In this document: positions 22,545-35,524 of the stretch, in pieces
Layout: the number at the start of each line of letters is the position of its first letter
How positions within the stretch are numbered: position 1 is the first letter of the stretch
Assembly (NCBI GenBank): GCA_950097015.1
Contig: CATNEN010000033.1
Span: 3,100,001 to 3,164,000, forward strand
Direction: 5' to 3'
DNA: 64,000 nt
Source: Macrostomum hystrix
Taxonomy: Eukaryota; Animalia; Platyhelminthes
Position numbers and translations under genes: made by a program
Notes under the pieces: generated by a model
The model's database searches: none
Seen by the model: the letters and a program-made list of their open reading frames with translations, nothing else
Told to the model about the DNA's origin: nothing

Positions 22545-23557
22545 TTTAATTCAATTCAATTGGCTCGGCGTGCAACTCAGATTGGGCTGCATTGTCTGTC
22601 TGCCCATCTGTCTGACTGGCTGGCTGGCTGAATAATCGACTCACTATATTAAATGCTGACTGAATTTCATTCTCATTGATTTATTATATGTTGATATAAA
22701 AATAAAATATAAACTTTTACGCTTGTACATATTGATTCATAGCGATTCGATTCCGCTACTGTCTATTCTTATTACACCTATTTTAGTTAAAGTCCATTTC
22801 ATTATTCTCAGGTTTTGCGCAATATATATACAACATAATATATCAGACTGATCGATTACGATTACGTCGGTCTTGTATAAGACTCACCGCCAATGTACAC
22901 GACATAACCACCAGTCAGTTTATATTCTTTAAATGATAAAATAAATAACCAAGATAAGAAGTTATGTATTGTGAGAACTATAAAACCAATACAATCAAAC
23001 AGTAAAAGCTAAAAACAACGAGTATAACTTGCTTTTATTTTATAATTTCATAAAATTGGCATACAAAAACAGTATGAAACATTAAAAAAAACTAAAGATA
23101 GTCGAAAGACAGTGGGAGAATGAGGACATACCAGGAAACACTCATGAGGTTGAGACTTGCATAGGCAATGTCAAGTTCGACATTGTACGTCTATGCAAAA
23201 TACTGCTGTATTTTGCGTTGCGCAGACGTACAACGTCAAGTTGACACTGGCACGAGCAGCTATGCGATGTACAACGTCAAATTGACAATTGATATCAACC
23301 AGTTTGTGACATGTCGCAGTATGTGAACCACGGCACAGTAACGCCGACGCACTACACTACAAATGCTAGTGAAGTGTGTTGGAGTAACTATATAGCAGTC
23401 CGGTGTAACAATGCTGTCTTCCACAAGAGTAGTGTAGTGTATTGTAGTGTAGTGCGTCGGAGTGACGGTGCCGTGGTTCACATACTGCGACAATAATTAC
23501 AATTAACGTCAAATTGACAATTGATATCAACCAGTATGTGACATGTCGCAGTACGTG

Positions 23558-24711
23558 TGTAATAAAATGAATGTCGTAGCTGGAGCGAGAGGAATTTTAA
23601 AGCTAGCGACTATTCACTATTCACCGGGGTCGGTGTCCTACCAATCGTTTCAATAGCAGCAGGGAATCTGAAATTAAATAGCGTTAGAGTACTAGGGTAG
23701 CAAGCGAAGCGAAATAGGAAATGTCGTCCTCCGGCCCGGCGAAACTCCCAATGAAAAAGGAATAACACAGTGTGAACACAAGACTCGAATAATTTGATTA
23801 GAAGTGATTTGATCAGCTGTGACTAAGATTCCAGATACGAATAGGAATTACTTTGAATATCGTTTACTTGACTTAAAAGTTATACTGACAGAATAGATGT
23901 TCGCACAGAAATAAATTATAGCGCGCTCACAGTGAGAAGCAAGTCTGGCCTAACAATTTGGATATAACAATTTTACCTAACTGGCCTAATCCGCGCCCTA
24001 CTCTTCCCGAGAGGCTCCGGTTGTCTCTGCTTTCAGCGCTGCCCCGACAAATCCTATCGGTTGGCACTCCTTCTGCCGGACGGCGGAGTCTCCGAAGAGA
24101 GCACGTACTGACTTCGACAACCAGCGCCTATCTAGACCATCCTTGTCAGCGGCGCACTCTCAAGACGCGTAGCGCCGAAAGCTACCTAACTGAACAAGCG
24201 GAGCGTGGTCGGGCGGGGAAGGACAAAACAAGTGGACTTAATTTGCTGGCGCGTGCTTCTCACAGTGTGAGGCGAATTGCCGATAGCGATAATTTGCACG
24301 TGCTTCTCACAGTGTGAGGTGGATTGCAGAAAAAGATAATTTTGGACTACAAAAACACGCTTCGTTATATAGAGTCATTTCAACCCCAAACTAGGTCGAT
24401 CGGCGAGGTGGATGCCTGGCTGTAGCTTGAGCCAAGGTGACAAATCACAGTAGACTTGCGACCGCCGTTCTGAGCCCCGGGGTTGCTTCTTGCCGAGGGT
24501 AGACAGGTAGTGAGGCCAGGTCGCTCGCTGATTGGCCGGGACCGTAGCCCAGGGGTAGCGCTCGCGGGGTGGTGGGCGTCCGTTCCCCCAGCTGGTCCGG
24601 CCCGGCTTGGCGTGGGTGACTCTTAGCAAAAAACACACGCGTCTAAAAATAGATAATTAAGCACTGAAAAATAACACGGGGAGATAGAAGTACAAACAAG
24701 CTCACACTACA
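23558..24711. mobile_element. Probable solo LTR, 1154 bp
   Basis: TG...CA ends (TGTAAT...CTACA) and a 4-bp TSD CGTG at 23554-23557 and 24712-24715. It interrupts the conserved GCAGTAYGTGAACC module sequence; no credible ORF. Confidence 0.75.
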
Positions 24712-25616
24712 CGTGAACCAGCACCGTAGCAGTCCGGTGTAACAATGCTGTCTTCCACAAGAGCCTTCTTACCTTTTTACCACTACCACAATATACACAG
24801 ATCTCAAGTAGTCAACGATCATAGTCGTTTTGACTTAAGAATACGTATGTACTTTTGCGAAAAAAAATTTGGCAGTGCGCAAATACTAATTATAGATGAA
24901 ATGTCTGGCTATATTCGCGAAAATACCATAGATATAGCCACGCTACTTAAAGAACTTTTTCAAAAATACTGCATACAATATGAATTATATGCGGCCGTTT
25001 TTTGTGTCTATGGCCAAAAACGTCTGACAGTATTTTCGAAAGAAAAAATGTGGATACGAAGAAAAAAAATCGCGAAAAAATCGAGCTGTACCAAGCAGAT
25101 ATGTCTATGTTAAAATAAGCACGATTTTATGTACTACATACCCATACCCAGTTTGCATGTTTTAATTGTCCATCTTGGCATATCTAGCAAGACGTGAGCG
25201 TATAATAATTTATTAGTCGTTTGTACTTTACTTTTTCAAACTAATCCGTTTTTATTAATGTTTTTTACATGAACAACTTCGTATAAACTTAACTTTCTTT
25301 ATCTTGGCAGAAGCGTATAATAATTTATTTGTCATTTTTTATTTACTTTTTTCATTTCTCCGAGTTCTCCGTCATTATTCTTATTTTATTTTATTAACTT
25401 AAATTGATATTATATATCAGACTGATCGATTACTATTACGTCGGTCTTCTAGTAAGTCTCAACGCCAATGTACACCACATTACCAGCAGTCAGTTCATAT
25501 TATTATAATGATAAAATAAATAACCAAGATAAGAAGTTATGTATTATGAAAACTATAACGAACAAGATGTTTTTTTATTATTTTATTATTTTATTTTTTT
25601 AATGCTTGAGAGCACA

Positions 25617-25775
25617 AACACTGCTCATAGCACGCCCGGATCAAATGTCACTAGTTGCACAAAAACGGCTCATAGCACGCCCGGATCAAATGTCACTAGT
25701 TGCACAAAAACTGCTCATAGCACGCCCGGATCAAATGTCACTAGTTGCACAAAAACTGCTCATAGCACGCCCGGC
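25617..25775. repeat. 45-bp tandem repeat (~3.5 copies) containing the last exon of gene B
   Basis: The unit AAAACTGCTCATAGCACGCCCGGATCAAATGTCACTAGTTGCACA is repeated. Confidence 0.9.
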
Positions 25776-25968
25776 TGCGGGATGAAAGATGGGTTTTAGG
25801 TTTCATTTAGTTTGTTAGCTCAGATGTTACCAGATGTGTTATTAAATATTCGAATGAAAATAATAATCGAAATCTACTACTCACATAGGGGTCCAAGCCC
25901 GCAGCTATGCGGCGGGCCCTGGCCATGCGGAGCATGGCCGCTTTGACCCGCCGCATAGATGCAGCGAG
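25760..25968 (-). pseudogene. Gene B copy 3, 5'-truncated and fused to the gene E upstream region
   Basis: Only ...RRVKAAMLRMARARRIAAGLDPY, the intron and PGVL* remain; junction at ~25968. Confidence 0.7.
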
Positions 25969-26039
25969 AATTAATTTGGACAATTAATTAAGCAAATTAA
26001 ACAAGTTAAGCATTTTGAATACTACCCCATTGTCTCGCC

Positions 26040-26639
26040 ATGCCTGCATCACCATCATCATCAGCGCCAACTCTAAACGATGCGGAAACATCCAACTGTC
26101 TCGACGAGGACGTTGGGCTGAACGAAGAGCCAGGCTATGATGATTACGGGTATAATGAAACATACAATTCATCATATGGTTTTGTATTCGGCCTGGCAGA
26201 TGACCATATGTTATACGCCGTAGCTGAAGAGGTCGAAGCGGCGATGGCAGTCAATTGCTTAGACCCAGCTGACGACGAGCTTTTGTATGCCGCAGCTGAA
26301 GAGGCAGAGGCGTCAGCAGCAGCAGCAGCAGCAGCAGCGATGGCAGCCAGTAGCTGTTTATTTGACCCAGCTGACGACGACCTTTTGTATGCCGCAGTTG
26401 AAGAGGCAGAGGCGTCAGCAACAGCAGCAGCAGCGATGGCAGCCAGTAGCTGTTTATTTGACCCAGCTGACGACGACCTATTGTATGCCGCAGCTGAAGA
26501 GGTAGAGGCGTCAACAGCATTAGCAGCGATGGCAGCCAGTAGCTGCTTATTTGACCCAGCTGACGACTGTCTATTGTATGCCGCAGCTGAAGAGGCGGAG
26601 GCGTCAGCAGCAGTAGCGATTGCAATTGAGGAGGCATAA
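26040..26639 (+). CDS. Gene E copy 2 (199 aa)
   Basis: Homologous ATG ORF with four repeats. Confidence 0.7.
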   Translation: MPASPSSSAPTLNDAETSNCLDEDVGLNEEPGYDDYGYNETYNSSYGFVFGLADDHMLYAVAEEVEAAMAVNCLDPADDELLYAAAEEAEASAAAAAAAAMAASSCLFDPADDDLLYAAVEEAEASATAAAAMAASSCLFDPADDDLLYAAAEEVEASTALAAMAASSCLFDPADDCLLYAAAEEAEASAAVAIAIEEA

Positions 26640-27889
26640 GATTGAAATGATAGTATATAAATACATTCACTATGATTAATTACAGTTATTTTATAAAGCT
26701 TCTGATTATCAATACTATTTGATATGTACATATTGGTGCTGTGTTGTAAATGATTGAAAATACACTAATCTTTTCGCAAAAATACCATCACCAACAATCA
26801 TCAGCACTACGTTAAGCATTCTTGTTTGTATTTTAGTACTCGAAGTACTTTCACACAAATACAGCATTTTGTATTCGTTTTAGAACACGTTTTTTGCGCA
26901 AAAATATATTCGTCATCGTATCGTTAGTATTCTGGCTAAAACTGCCATTATTTTTCACTCATAAGTATTCAATATAGTACACAGTATATAGTATTTTCGA
27001 GAAAAAAATACATTCATGACTCTTGGCAATTTGCAGAAATACTATAAATGTGTCTATGGTAAAAAAGGTACTAGACACTTCGTCTAAGAATGCGCATGCA
27101 CTTTCGCGAAAATACCATAAGATGTGGCCACGTTACTTCAAGAACTTTTGCAAAAATACTGCCCTTTCTTTCGTTTAAGAACTTATCAGTCTTTTCGCGA
27201 AAATACTGTATATTTACTTTCCATTTAGAAGGCGTTATATTTTTAGCGTAAATACCTTCAATGAATATTATTCATCAATACTTTGACACGTTGGATATGC
27301 ATTCGATTGAATGCTTAATACTATATATAGAAGTTGCATAGACCCATGCAGTTGACGACGAGCTTCTGTATGCCGCAGCTAAAGAGACAGGCGTCACGTC
27401 AGAACGTAAAATACAGATTATATATGTAAAATAATACAATCACTATATGATTCATTATGCAGTTATTTTATAAAGCTACTGATTATCATAACTATTTGAT
27501 ATACATATTTGTGTTGTGTTGTAAATGATTGAAAATACAGTAATGTTTTCGCGAAAATCAATCATCAATAATAATCAACGTACTATGTTAAAGCATTCTT
27601 GTTTGTATTTTTATGTCTGCAAACGCTCAATACATTTTATTGTATATCAAGTGACTCAAATTATTAGCAAGAAAGTCAGTTTTTTTTAAAGAGAAGTAGC
27701 TTACCTACTTCACAACAGTAATCAAGCTAAAACCAGTCAGTTCATATTGTTTTAATGATAAAATAAATAACGAAGATAAGAAGTTGTGTACTATTACCGA
27801 TTAAACAAATAACAAACACTAAATTGTTTTTATATTTTATTTATTTATATTTTAAAACGGATGACCGGTGCAGAGCAATGCTGACTGCT

Positions 27890-27977
27890 CACATTGCCCT
27901 CAGGCCGCACGTTAGCCAGCTGAAAGCTTTCAGAAAAAAGCTGAAATCTGACTAACGTGCGGCCTAACGGCAATGTG
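27890..27977. repeat. Branched hairpin H2, copy 3
   Basis: Homologous to 8061-8148; the inner CTGAAAGCTTTCAG is a perfect palindrome. Confidence 0.85.
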
Positions 27978-29677
27978 AGCATTAGCCAGCTGATATCTTA
28001 GCAGCTTCCGTTGAAGGACGCGAAAATACATTCTACTGTTCAACCAGTATGTGACATGTCGCAGTATGTGAACCACGGAACCGTCACACCGAATCACTAT
28101 ACACTACAATACCGTAGCAGTCCGGTGTGACGATGCTGTCTTCCATAAGAGCCTTCTTACCTTTTTACCACTGCCACATTATGCACAGATCTCAAGTAGT
28201 CAACGATCATAGTCGTTTTCACTTAAGAATACCTAACTTTCGCGAAAAAAAATTTGGCACAGCGCAAATAATAATAGATGAAATGTCTGGCTATTTCGCA
28301 AAAATACTATTTCGCAAACATACTTTCTTAAAAAGTATGTTTCATTGAAACATCAAGTTATCAGCGCCGCTATAGTCTATGGTAACCAGCTTGTCTTATA
28401 TTTTTATGTCTGTATGCAATTCATTCATGACTTTCGCAATTAGCAGAATTTTACTAAATGTGTCTATTTTAAAAAAAGTACTGAAGCACTTAGTCTGAGA
28501 TTACGTATAGGCATTCGCGAAAATACCATAGATATAGCCACGCTACTTAAAGAACTTTTGCAAAAATACTGCCTACAATATGAATTATTTCCAGTCTTTT
28601 TTGTGTCTATGGCCAAAAACTAATAATAATTTATTAGTCGTTTGTACTTCAAGAAGTTTTGAAAAAATACTGCCATTACCTTCGTTTAAGAACATATCAA
28701 TCTTTTCGCAGAAATATGAAATTTACTTTCCATTTAGAATACGTTATATTTTTTTTGCGAAAATACCTTCATGAATATTATTCATCAATACTTTGACACT
28801 TTGGATATACATTCGATTGAATGCGTAATACTATATATAGAAATTGCATAGACCCATGCAGTTGACGACGAGCTTCTGTATGCCGCAGCTGAAGAGACAG
28901 AGGCGTCATAACGTCAGAATTTAAAATACAGATTATATATGTAAAATAATACAATCACTATATGATTCATTATGCAGTTATTTTATAAAGCTACTGATTA
29001 TCATAACTATTTGATATACATATTTGTGTTGTGTTGTAAATGATTGAAAATACAGTCGTCTTTTCGCGAAAATACAATCATCGACAATAATCAACGACGT
29101 ACTATGTTAAAGCATTCTTGTTTGTATTTTTATGTCTGAAAACGTTCAATACATTTTATTGTATATCAAGCGACTCAAATTAGCAAGAAAGCCAGATTTT
29201 TTTAAAAGAGAAGTAGCTTACCTACTTCACAACAGTAATCAAGCTAAAAGCTAAAAAACTCGCTTATATTTTTAAATTTCTTAAAATTTTCATACATAAT
29301 GGATTACTAAGAAAAGAGGTCAGATGAGAAATAGGATCTGATGAGAACTGGAATCATTAAGAAAAAGAAAGGAGATTAGAAATTGATCCATTGATCAATT
29401 AGCCATTGATATTAGCTATCAATTATGAACTTTCAAAATGGGATCAAATTTGAAATAGACTTTTATGTAAAATGTAATATGTAAGATTCAAAATAAGATT
29501 TGACAATGTGAATGAGGCAAATAAGAAAAGAGAAGTCTGCTGAGGAGTGTGACTAGAAAAGAGAGGGGGTCGGGGAATTTAGTATGATAATATATATCAT
29601 ATATCATAGCTATATATAGCCAGTTTTAGCTTTATTAAAAGCGTCAAACCAACGGTCGAAGGATGTAGCTCCACGAT

Positions 29678-30089
29678 TGGCATCGCCGCGCTCTCTTTCA
29701 GTGCCAGTGCCGCCCTTGTCATTGCTATTACTACTGCTTATAATTGGTGACTGTATATCGGTCACTTGCGCATGCTGCGGCAGTTGCAATTGGCCGGCTA
29801 AATCACGTGTCGGATTGGCGTTCACAATAGAAAATCTCTGATTGTAAATGCGCACGACACCTGGACGATGCCATACGTACTGAACACGTTGACGTGAAGG
29901 CAGAATAGCAAAATCGGAGTCTGAACTACTATCCGAGCTGTGCCTTCGTCGACGTCGCTCAGTGCCAATCACGACATCCGTGCTGCTACTGACGGTAGGG
30001 CACGAGATCGGTTTGTCGTTGCCAGAGTTATGATCCTCTCTGTCGATATCTCGATCTCCGCCATTGTGCCGCCCACCCTGGGATGACAT
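29678..30089 (-). pseudogene. Gene D copy 2, with its 3' end replaced by unrelated sequence
   Basis: Homology to 46935-47390 stops at ...DANR (~29678). Confidence 0.6.
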
Positions 30090-30324
30090 GTTGTAGTTTT
30101 TTTATTGGAAACAATAATTTATCATCTAAAATGTGTAAATAAGTTACGCAACTTAACTGAGTAAAGAAAATAACTAAAAAACCCGACTGCTAGTCTATGG
30201 TAACCAGCTTGCTGATAATCTTATGTTATTAAGAATATGCAATCAATGCAGTTTAAACTTTGGACAATTAATTTAGTAAATTAAACAAGTTAAGCATTTT
30301 AAATACTACCCACATTGTCTCGCC

Positions 30325-30825
30325 ATGCCTGCATCACCATTATCATCAGCGCCAACTCTAAACGATGCGGAAACATCCAACTGTCACGACGAGGACGTTG
30401 GGCTGAACGAAGAGCCAGGCTATGATGACTACGGGTATGATGAAACATACCATTCATCATATAGTTTTGTATTCGGCTTGGCAGATGACCATATGTTATA
30501 CGCCGTAGCTGAAGAGGTCGAAGCGGCGATGGCAGTCAATTGCTTAGACCCAGCTGACGACGAGCTTTTGTATGCCGCAGCTGAACAGGTGGAGGCGTCA
30601 GCAGCAGCAGAAGCGATGGCAGCCAGTAGCTGTTTATTTGACCCAGCTGACGACTGCCTATTGTATGCCGCAGCTGAAGAGGCGGAGGCGTCAGCAGCAG
30701 CAGCAGCGATGGCAGCCAGTAGCTGCTTATTTGACCCAGCTGACGACTGCCTATTGTATGCCGCAGCTGAAGAGGCGGAGGCGTCAGCAGCAGCAGCGAT
30801 GGCAGTTGAGGAGGCAAAAGTTTGA
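30325..30825 (+). CDS. Gene E copy 3 (166 aa)
   Basis: Homologous ATG ORF with three repeats. Confidence 0.7.
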   Translation: MPASPLSSAPTLNDAETSNCHDEDVGLNEEPGYDDYGYDETYHSSYSFVFGLADDHMLYAVAEEVEAAMAVNCLDPADDELLYAAAEQVEASAAAEAMAASSCLFDPADDCLLYAAAEEAEASAAAAAMAASSCLFDPADDCLLYAAAEEAEASAAAAMAVEEAKV

Positions 30826-31269
30826 AATGATATTATAAAATAATACATTCACTATGATTCATAACATTTATTTTATAAAGCCTGTGATTATCGTAACTAT
30901 TTGATATACATATTGGTGTTGTTTTTTTGTAAGTGATTGAAAATACACTAATATTTTCGCGAAAATACCATCACCAACAATCATCAGCACTACGTTAAGC
31001 ATTCTTGTTTGTATTTTAGTACTCAAAGCACTTTCGCACAAATACAGCAGTTTGTATTTGTTTAAGAACACGTTTTTTCGCAAAAATATATTCACCATCG
31101 TATCGTTAGTATTTTTGCAAAAACTGCCATTATTTTTCATTCACAAGTATTCAATACAATAGACAGTATTTAGTCTTTTCGCGAAAAAATCCACTCATGA
31201 CTCTTGGCAATTTGCAGAAATACTAAATGTGTCTATGGTTATAAAGGTACAAGATACTTCGTCTAATAA

Positions 31270-31495
31270 TATGCATGTATTTTCGCGAAAATACAGCATA
31301 ATTGATGTAGCCATGCACACTACTTCAAGAACTTTTGCAAAAATACCGCCAACTACCTTTGTTTAATAGCATATCAGTATTTTCGCGAAAATACCATAAG
31401 ATGTAGCCATGCACACTACTTTAAGAAGTTTTGCAAAAATACTGCCCTTACCTTTGTTTAGAGCATATCAGTATTTTCGCGAAAATACTATATAT
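31270..31495. repeat. Short array of the ~96-bp palindromic unit
   Basis: GTATTTTCGCGAAAATAC occurs three times with the unit sequence. Confidence 0.85.
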
Positions 31496-31686
31496 GGAAA
31501 TAGCTTAGACCCAGTTGACGATGTCTGTCTATGTCTATGTGTCTGACTGCTGCTCTGTACAGGATATGAGCAGTGCTTGGTAAATATATGCGCGCGCGCA
31601 CGCAAATCGATAATTAAAAGTCAGCCACAACGATCACTCTGTCGATTATTCAGCAAGCTAGCCAGCGATCTACAATACAAGCTGCA

Positions 31687-33121
31687 ATGGAAAACGATAA
31701 CGGACTCCGCTTCTGCCATTTCTGCGGCCAGCAAATCAGCGCCAATATGATGCGAAGACATTTTATAGAGGCGCATAAAGCTGTCCATGCCGAGTTTGAC
31801 TGGACAGTCCTACCTGTTGGTCAAAAGGCCATCGCTATTCGCGTCTGTTAAGGAGCGTGGAAGTGCCGTCTGGAAGATGCTGCAACTACAGCGGGCTGGT
31901 GTAGATGTCGCTGCCGGTGGACGTGTGCTAGCGTGTCCGCATTGCAACAAAATAACATCTAACATGTTGCATCATTAATATAGATGTAAGCGGAATCCGC
32001 AGCGTCGCGTCGGTGGCCAACCAGCTCAGCCAGTGGCAGTGGCGGGAGCAGCGGCAATGGGCGAAGTGGTCCAGCTTGAACAACTGGATCCACTACCAGC
32101 TGTGGTCGGCGAGATTGTCGACTACATGCACGAGCGCTACATTGCCCGTCGACTGCCAGCAGCAGAGCAGCCAGTAGCAGAGCAGCCAGCAGCAGAGCAG
32201 TCAGCAGCAGAGCAGCCAGCAGAAACTATCATCATAGAAGATAGCGCAGATGAATCAGGCATCATCTATGCAACAAGTTATGACGAGCCTGCTGAACATG
32301 TGAGCCAAGCGGACAGCGTGTCAATTGGATCAGTACGGCATCCAATTTGTTCATCTACTCCGCTTAATCACAATGCGATTGAAGCAGCAGCAGAAACAAT
32401 CCAATCGGATCACTCGCCAGTACCATCGCCATCAATGCAAATGTAGCAAATTGAGCCAATCGGATCACCAGCGATGCCTATGTTGCCGATTCCAACTGTC
32501 GAGGTGCCGTATTTCGTTCCGGTGCCGCTACCTGTTTTTATTCCTGTCTGTGCGCCAAGAGTAACAACAGCGACAGTTGGTGTCAGTGCACAAAACAGTG
32601 TGACCGATGTTTCAATCGAAGCCAATGTCAGCACGCAGTCAGTGTGTATTGGTACATCATCCGGTCACGGTGATGACATTGAAATGGCGCAGATTCTGCT
32701 CGACTTGATGCAACCTGCCGCTATGCAAGTTCTGTCTACCAATACGGATTGTGTTGCTGCTGCTGCTCGATCAGATTTCGCTGCCAATTCCGAAGCAAGT
32801 CACATCGATGATATGTTTGATGTCGCAATGGAGATCATCATTGCTGATGTCAACAACGTTTCGGATGAACGGCTATCCGGTGTGACATTGCCGCAAGGAG
32901 ATGCCGATGCCGCAGCAGAATTGATTCTGACCGCCGACCTTGACGACGATGTCGCAATGTCAATAAGTGATGTGCAGTCATTGCAATCTACTATACCTGC
33001 GACTGATGCTTTGCATGCATCTAGACGCTCGTATTGTATATGCACACACAATATATTGACTACGACAGTGTCAAGACACGGCCGATTGATCAAGGCGCGA
33101 CAATGTCTGTGCGGCAATTGA
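31687..33121 (+). pseudogene. Gene F, longest copy: N-terminal C2H2-like Zn fingers, acidic/Pro-rich middle and C-terminal CxC...CxC; frameshift and premature stops
   Basis: The ATG at 31687 gives CHFCGQQISANMMRRHFIEAH; the next frame gives CPHCNKITSNMLHH*YRC. It is collinear with ORFs 32033-32446 and 32474-33121; the TAG at ~32444 is TTG in other copies. Confidence 0.65.
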
Positions 33122-33624
33122 TTTCGTTCAATTCAATTGGCTCGGCGTGCAACTCAGATTGGGCTGCTTTGTCTGTCTACTGGCTGGCTGGCTGGCTGGC
33201 TGGCTGAATAATCGACTGACTCACTTATAATAAATTCAGACTGAACTTGATTTAATCGATTGATTTAATATACGTTGATATAAGAATAAACTAAAAAATA
33301 TAAACTTTTACGTGATTTGATTCTAAGCGATACGATTCCGCTACTGTCTATTCTTATTACATCAATTTTAGTTTTAAGTCCACTTCAATATTATCAGGTT
33401 TTGCGCAATATAAATACAAACATAATATCTCAGACTGATCGATTACGATTACGTCGGTCTTGTAATAAGTCTCAACGCCAATGTGCACCGCATAACCGCC
33501 AGTCAGTTCAGTTCATATTATTTTAATGATAGAATAAACAAGATAAGAAGTTGTGTACTGTTAACGAATAAACAAATAACAAACACTAAATTATTTATTT
33601 TTTTATTTTTTTATTATTTTAAAA

Positions 33625-33720
33625 CGGATGACCGGGTGCAGATCGCGGCGGTCTTCAAAGGAAGCTGCTTCGATTTCAGCTGGCTAACGTGCGGCCTGAG
33701 GGCAATGTGTGCATTAGCCA
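33625..33720. repeat. Rearranged (partly inverted, deleted) H2 site
   Basis: TCGCG..CTTCAAAGGAAGCTGCT..GATTTCAGCTGGCTA approximates the reverse complement of the sequence normally downstream of H2. Confidence 0.65.
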
Positions 33721-34505
33721 ACTTGAACTACTTTCAAATAAGTAATAATAATTTTAGTAATGCTCAAAATTACTCCACAGCCACTTAGTCTGAGAACACG
33801 TATCTGCATTCGCGAAAATACCACATAAGATATAGCCACGCTATTTAAAGAACTTTTGCAAAAATACTGCATACAATATGAATTATATGCAGTCGTTTTT
33901 TTGTCTATGGCCAAAAACATCTGACTGTATTTTCGAAAGAAAAATTTGGATGCGAAGAACATAAAAAATAGCGAGAAATCGAACTGTACCAAGCAGATAT
34001 GTCTTTGGTAAAATACGCACAATTTAATGCACTACATACCTATAGTCTGCACGTTTTAATAGTGCATCTTGTAATATCTTATAGCGATACGAAAGTGTAT
34101 AATAATTTATTTGTCGTTTTTACTTTACTTTTTCAAACTTATCTAACTAACTTATATGGCTGAATAATGTACGATAATAGTTATATTATCGCACGCCTAC
34201 AATTTCATATAATAAACGAAATCCAAGCTAAGAAAAAACTATACATTTAACAGTAACTTATTTAATTATATTTAATTATTTATATTTAATCAATAGGGTT
34301 CTTGTTCGCTTTCTCTTAGGAATAATTCTTTATGGCGAGGGAAACACTAACGCAGACAGATAATGACATAGATTTTATAATTCGGAATAATGAGCGGTTT
34401 TTTTGTTTTTGTTATTGTTTTGTCTTTAACCAAACAGTTTGAATTCGGAGCTTCATTTTTTCTGATCCTCGGTCCACAGCGAATCGGTCTATTGGTATGT
34501 GCTGA

Positions 34506-34880
34506 TCATAGTACACCGGGCTGCGGGATGAAAGATGGGTTTTAGGTTTCATTTAGTTGTTAGCTCGGGTTCAGATATGTCAATAAAGATTCAAATGAAA
34601 ATAAAAGTCAAAAGTTACTACTGACATAAGGGTCTAGGCCAGCAGCTATGCGGCGGGCCCTGGCCATGCGAAGCATGGCCGCCTTAACCCGCCGTATAGC
34701 TGCGGCCATGGACGCATCCGCCTTACGTCCTCCTCGCGTCCATGACTCCGACGCCGCCACTGCTGTCGCTGCCTCACTGGCTTCGTCTAGGGCCTCTTCC
34801 AGCTCATTGGCGGCGGAGGCCATTACGAATGCCCTAAATGAAGCAGGAAAAAGATGAAATCCGTTGCTGCTGCTTGACAT
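34506..34880 (-). CDS. Gene B copy 4; exons 34880-34626 and 34520-34506
   Basis: MSSSSNGFHLFP...LDPY|PGVL*, donor GTCAGT. Confidence 0.7.
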
Positions 34881-35176
34881 TTAGAATTTTGACTGCTGTT
34901 GCTGTTGCTGCTGTGGCGTTGGTTGTGGGCAGATTTCTTGGCCGATAAGATATTTCTTGTTCTTATTTCCCAGACCGGCCTGTATTCATTTGACTTGTCT
35001 GTGGACTGACTCACCTGTGTTTGCTAAAGTATACTCTATGGGGACTTTGATTAAAGTTGAAAATATTTTTAAATTAACTATTTTTTTAGCTTTATGCTGG
35101 CTTGATTTACTAATGCTGGCTTGATTTACTAACTGACTGAACATGTCGTTCATTGCCCATCAGATGCAGTTAGTGC

Positions 35177-35394
35177 TGTAAGAGCCGGCGAAATTTAGAT
35201 TGTCAGAAAGTACGCACGAGTTTATTTGGCATAACGATTCAATATATACGAGCAGGGCAGTGATGAGCACGATGAATAATAAAATAGGCTAAAGCCAGCC
35301 CCACCCCCAAGCGGGTGAAAGGCCGACGCCATGTACATTTAGACCAATCAGACAAGACGAGCCAACGCACAACACACCATGCAGGAACCCCACA
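35177..35394 (-). repeat. 3' LTR of the Gypsy element
   Basis: Direct repeat of 40053-40263, adjacent to the PPT. Confidence 0.95.
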
Positions 35395-35524
35395 TTACTC
35401 TCCCCCAAGAAAAGCGCAAGGGGAAGCAACAAAAAAAGGCAATAAAACACAACGAAAAAAATTCAAAATGCATAACAAAAATAGTCCAAAAACTACAGTC
35501 CCTGTCACACAGTACCTAACTTGG

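Noticed and set aside
23958-24638. ORFs inside the 1154-bp solo LTR
   Set aside because: Short, non-ATG or overlapping, with no recognisable domains.
29330-29400. CTGATGA...GAAA as a hammerhead ribozyme
   Set aside because: No convincing stems II and III around the core motifs.
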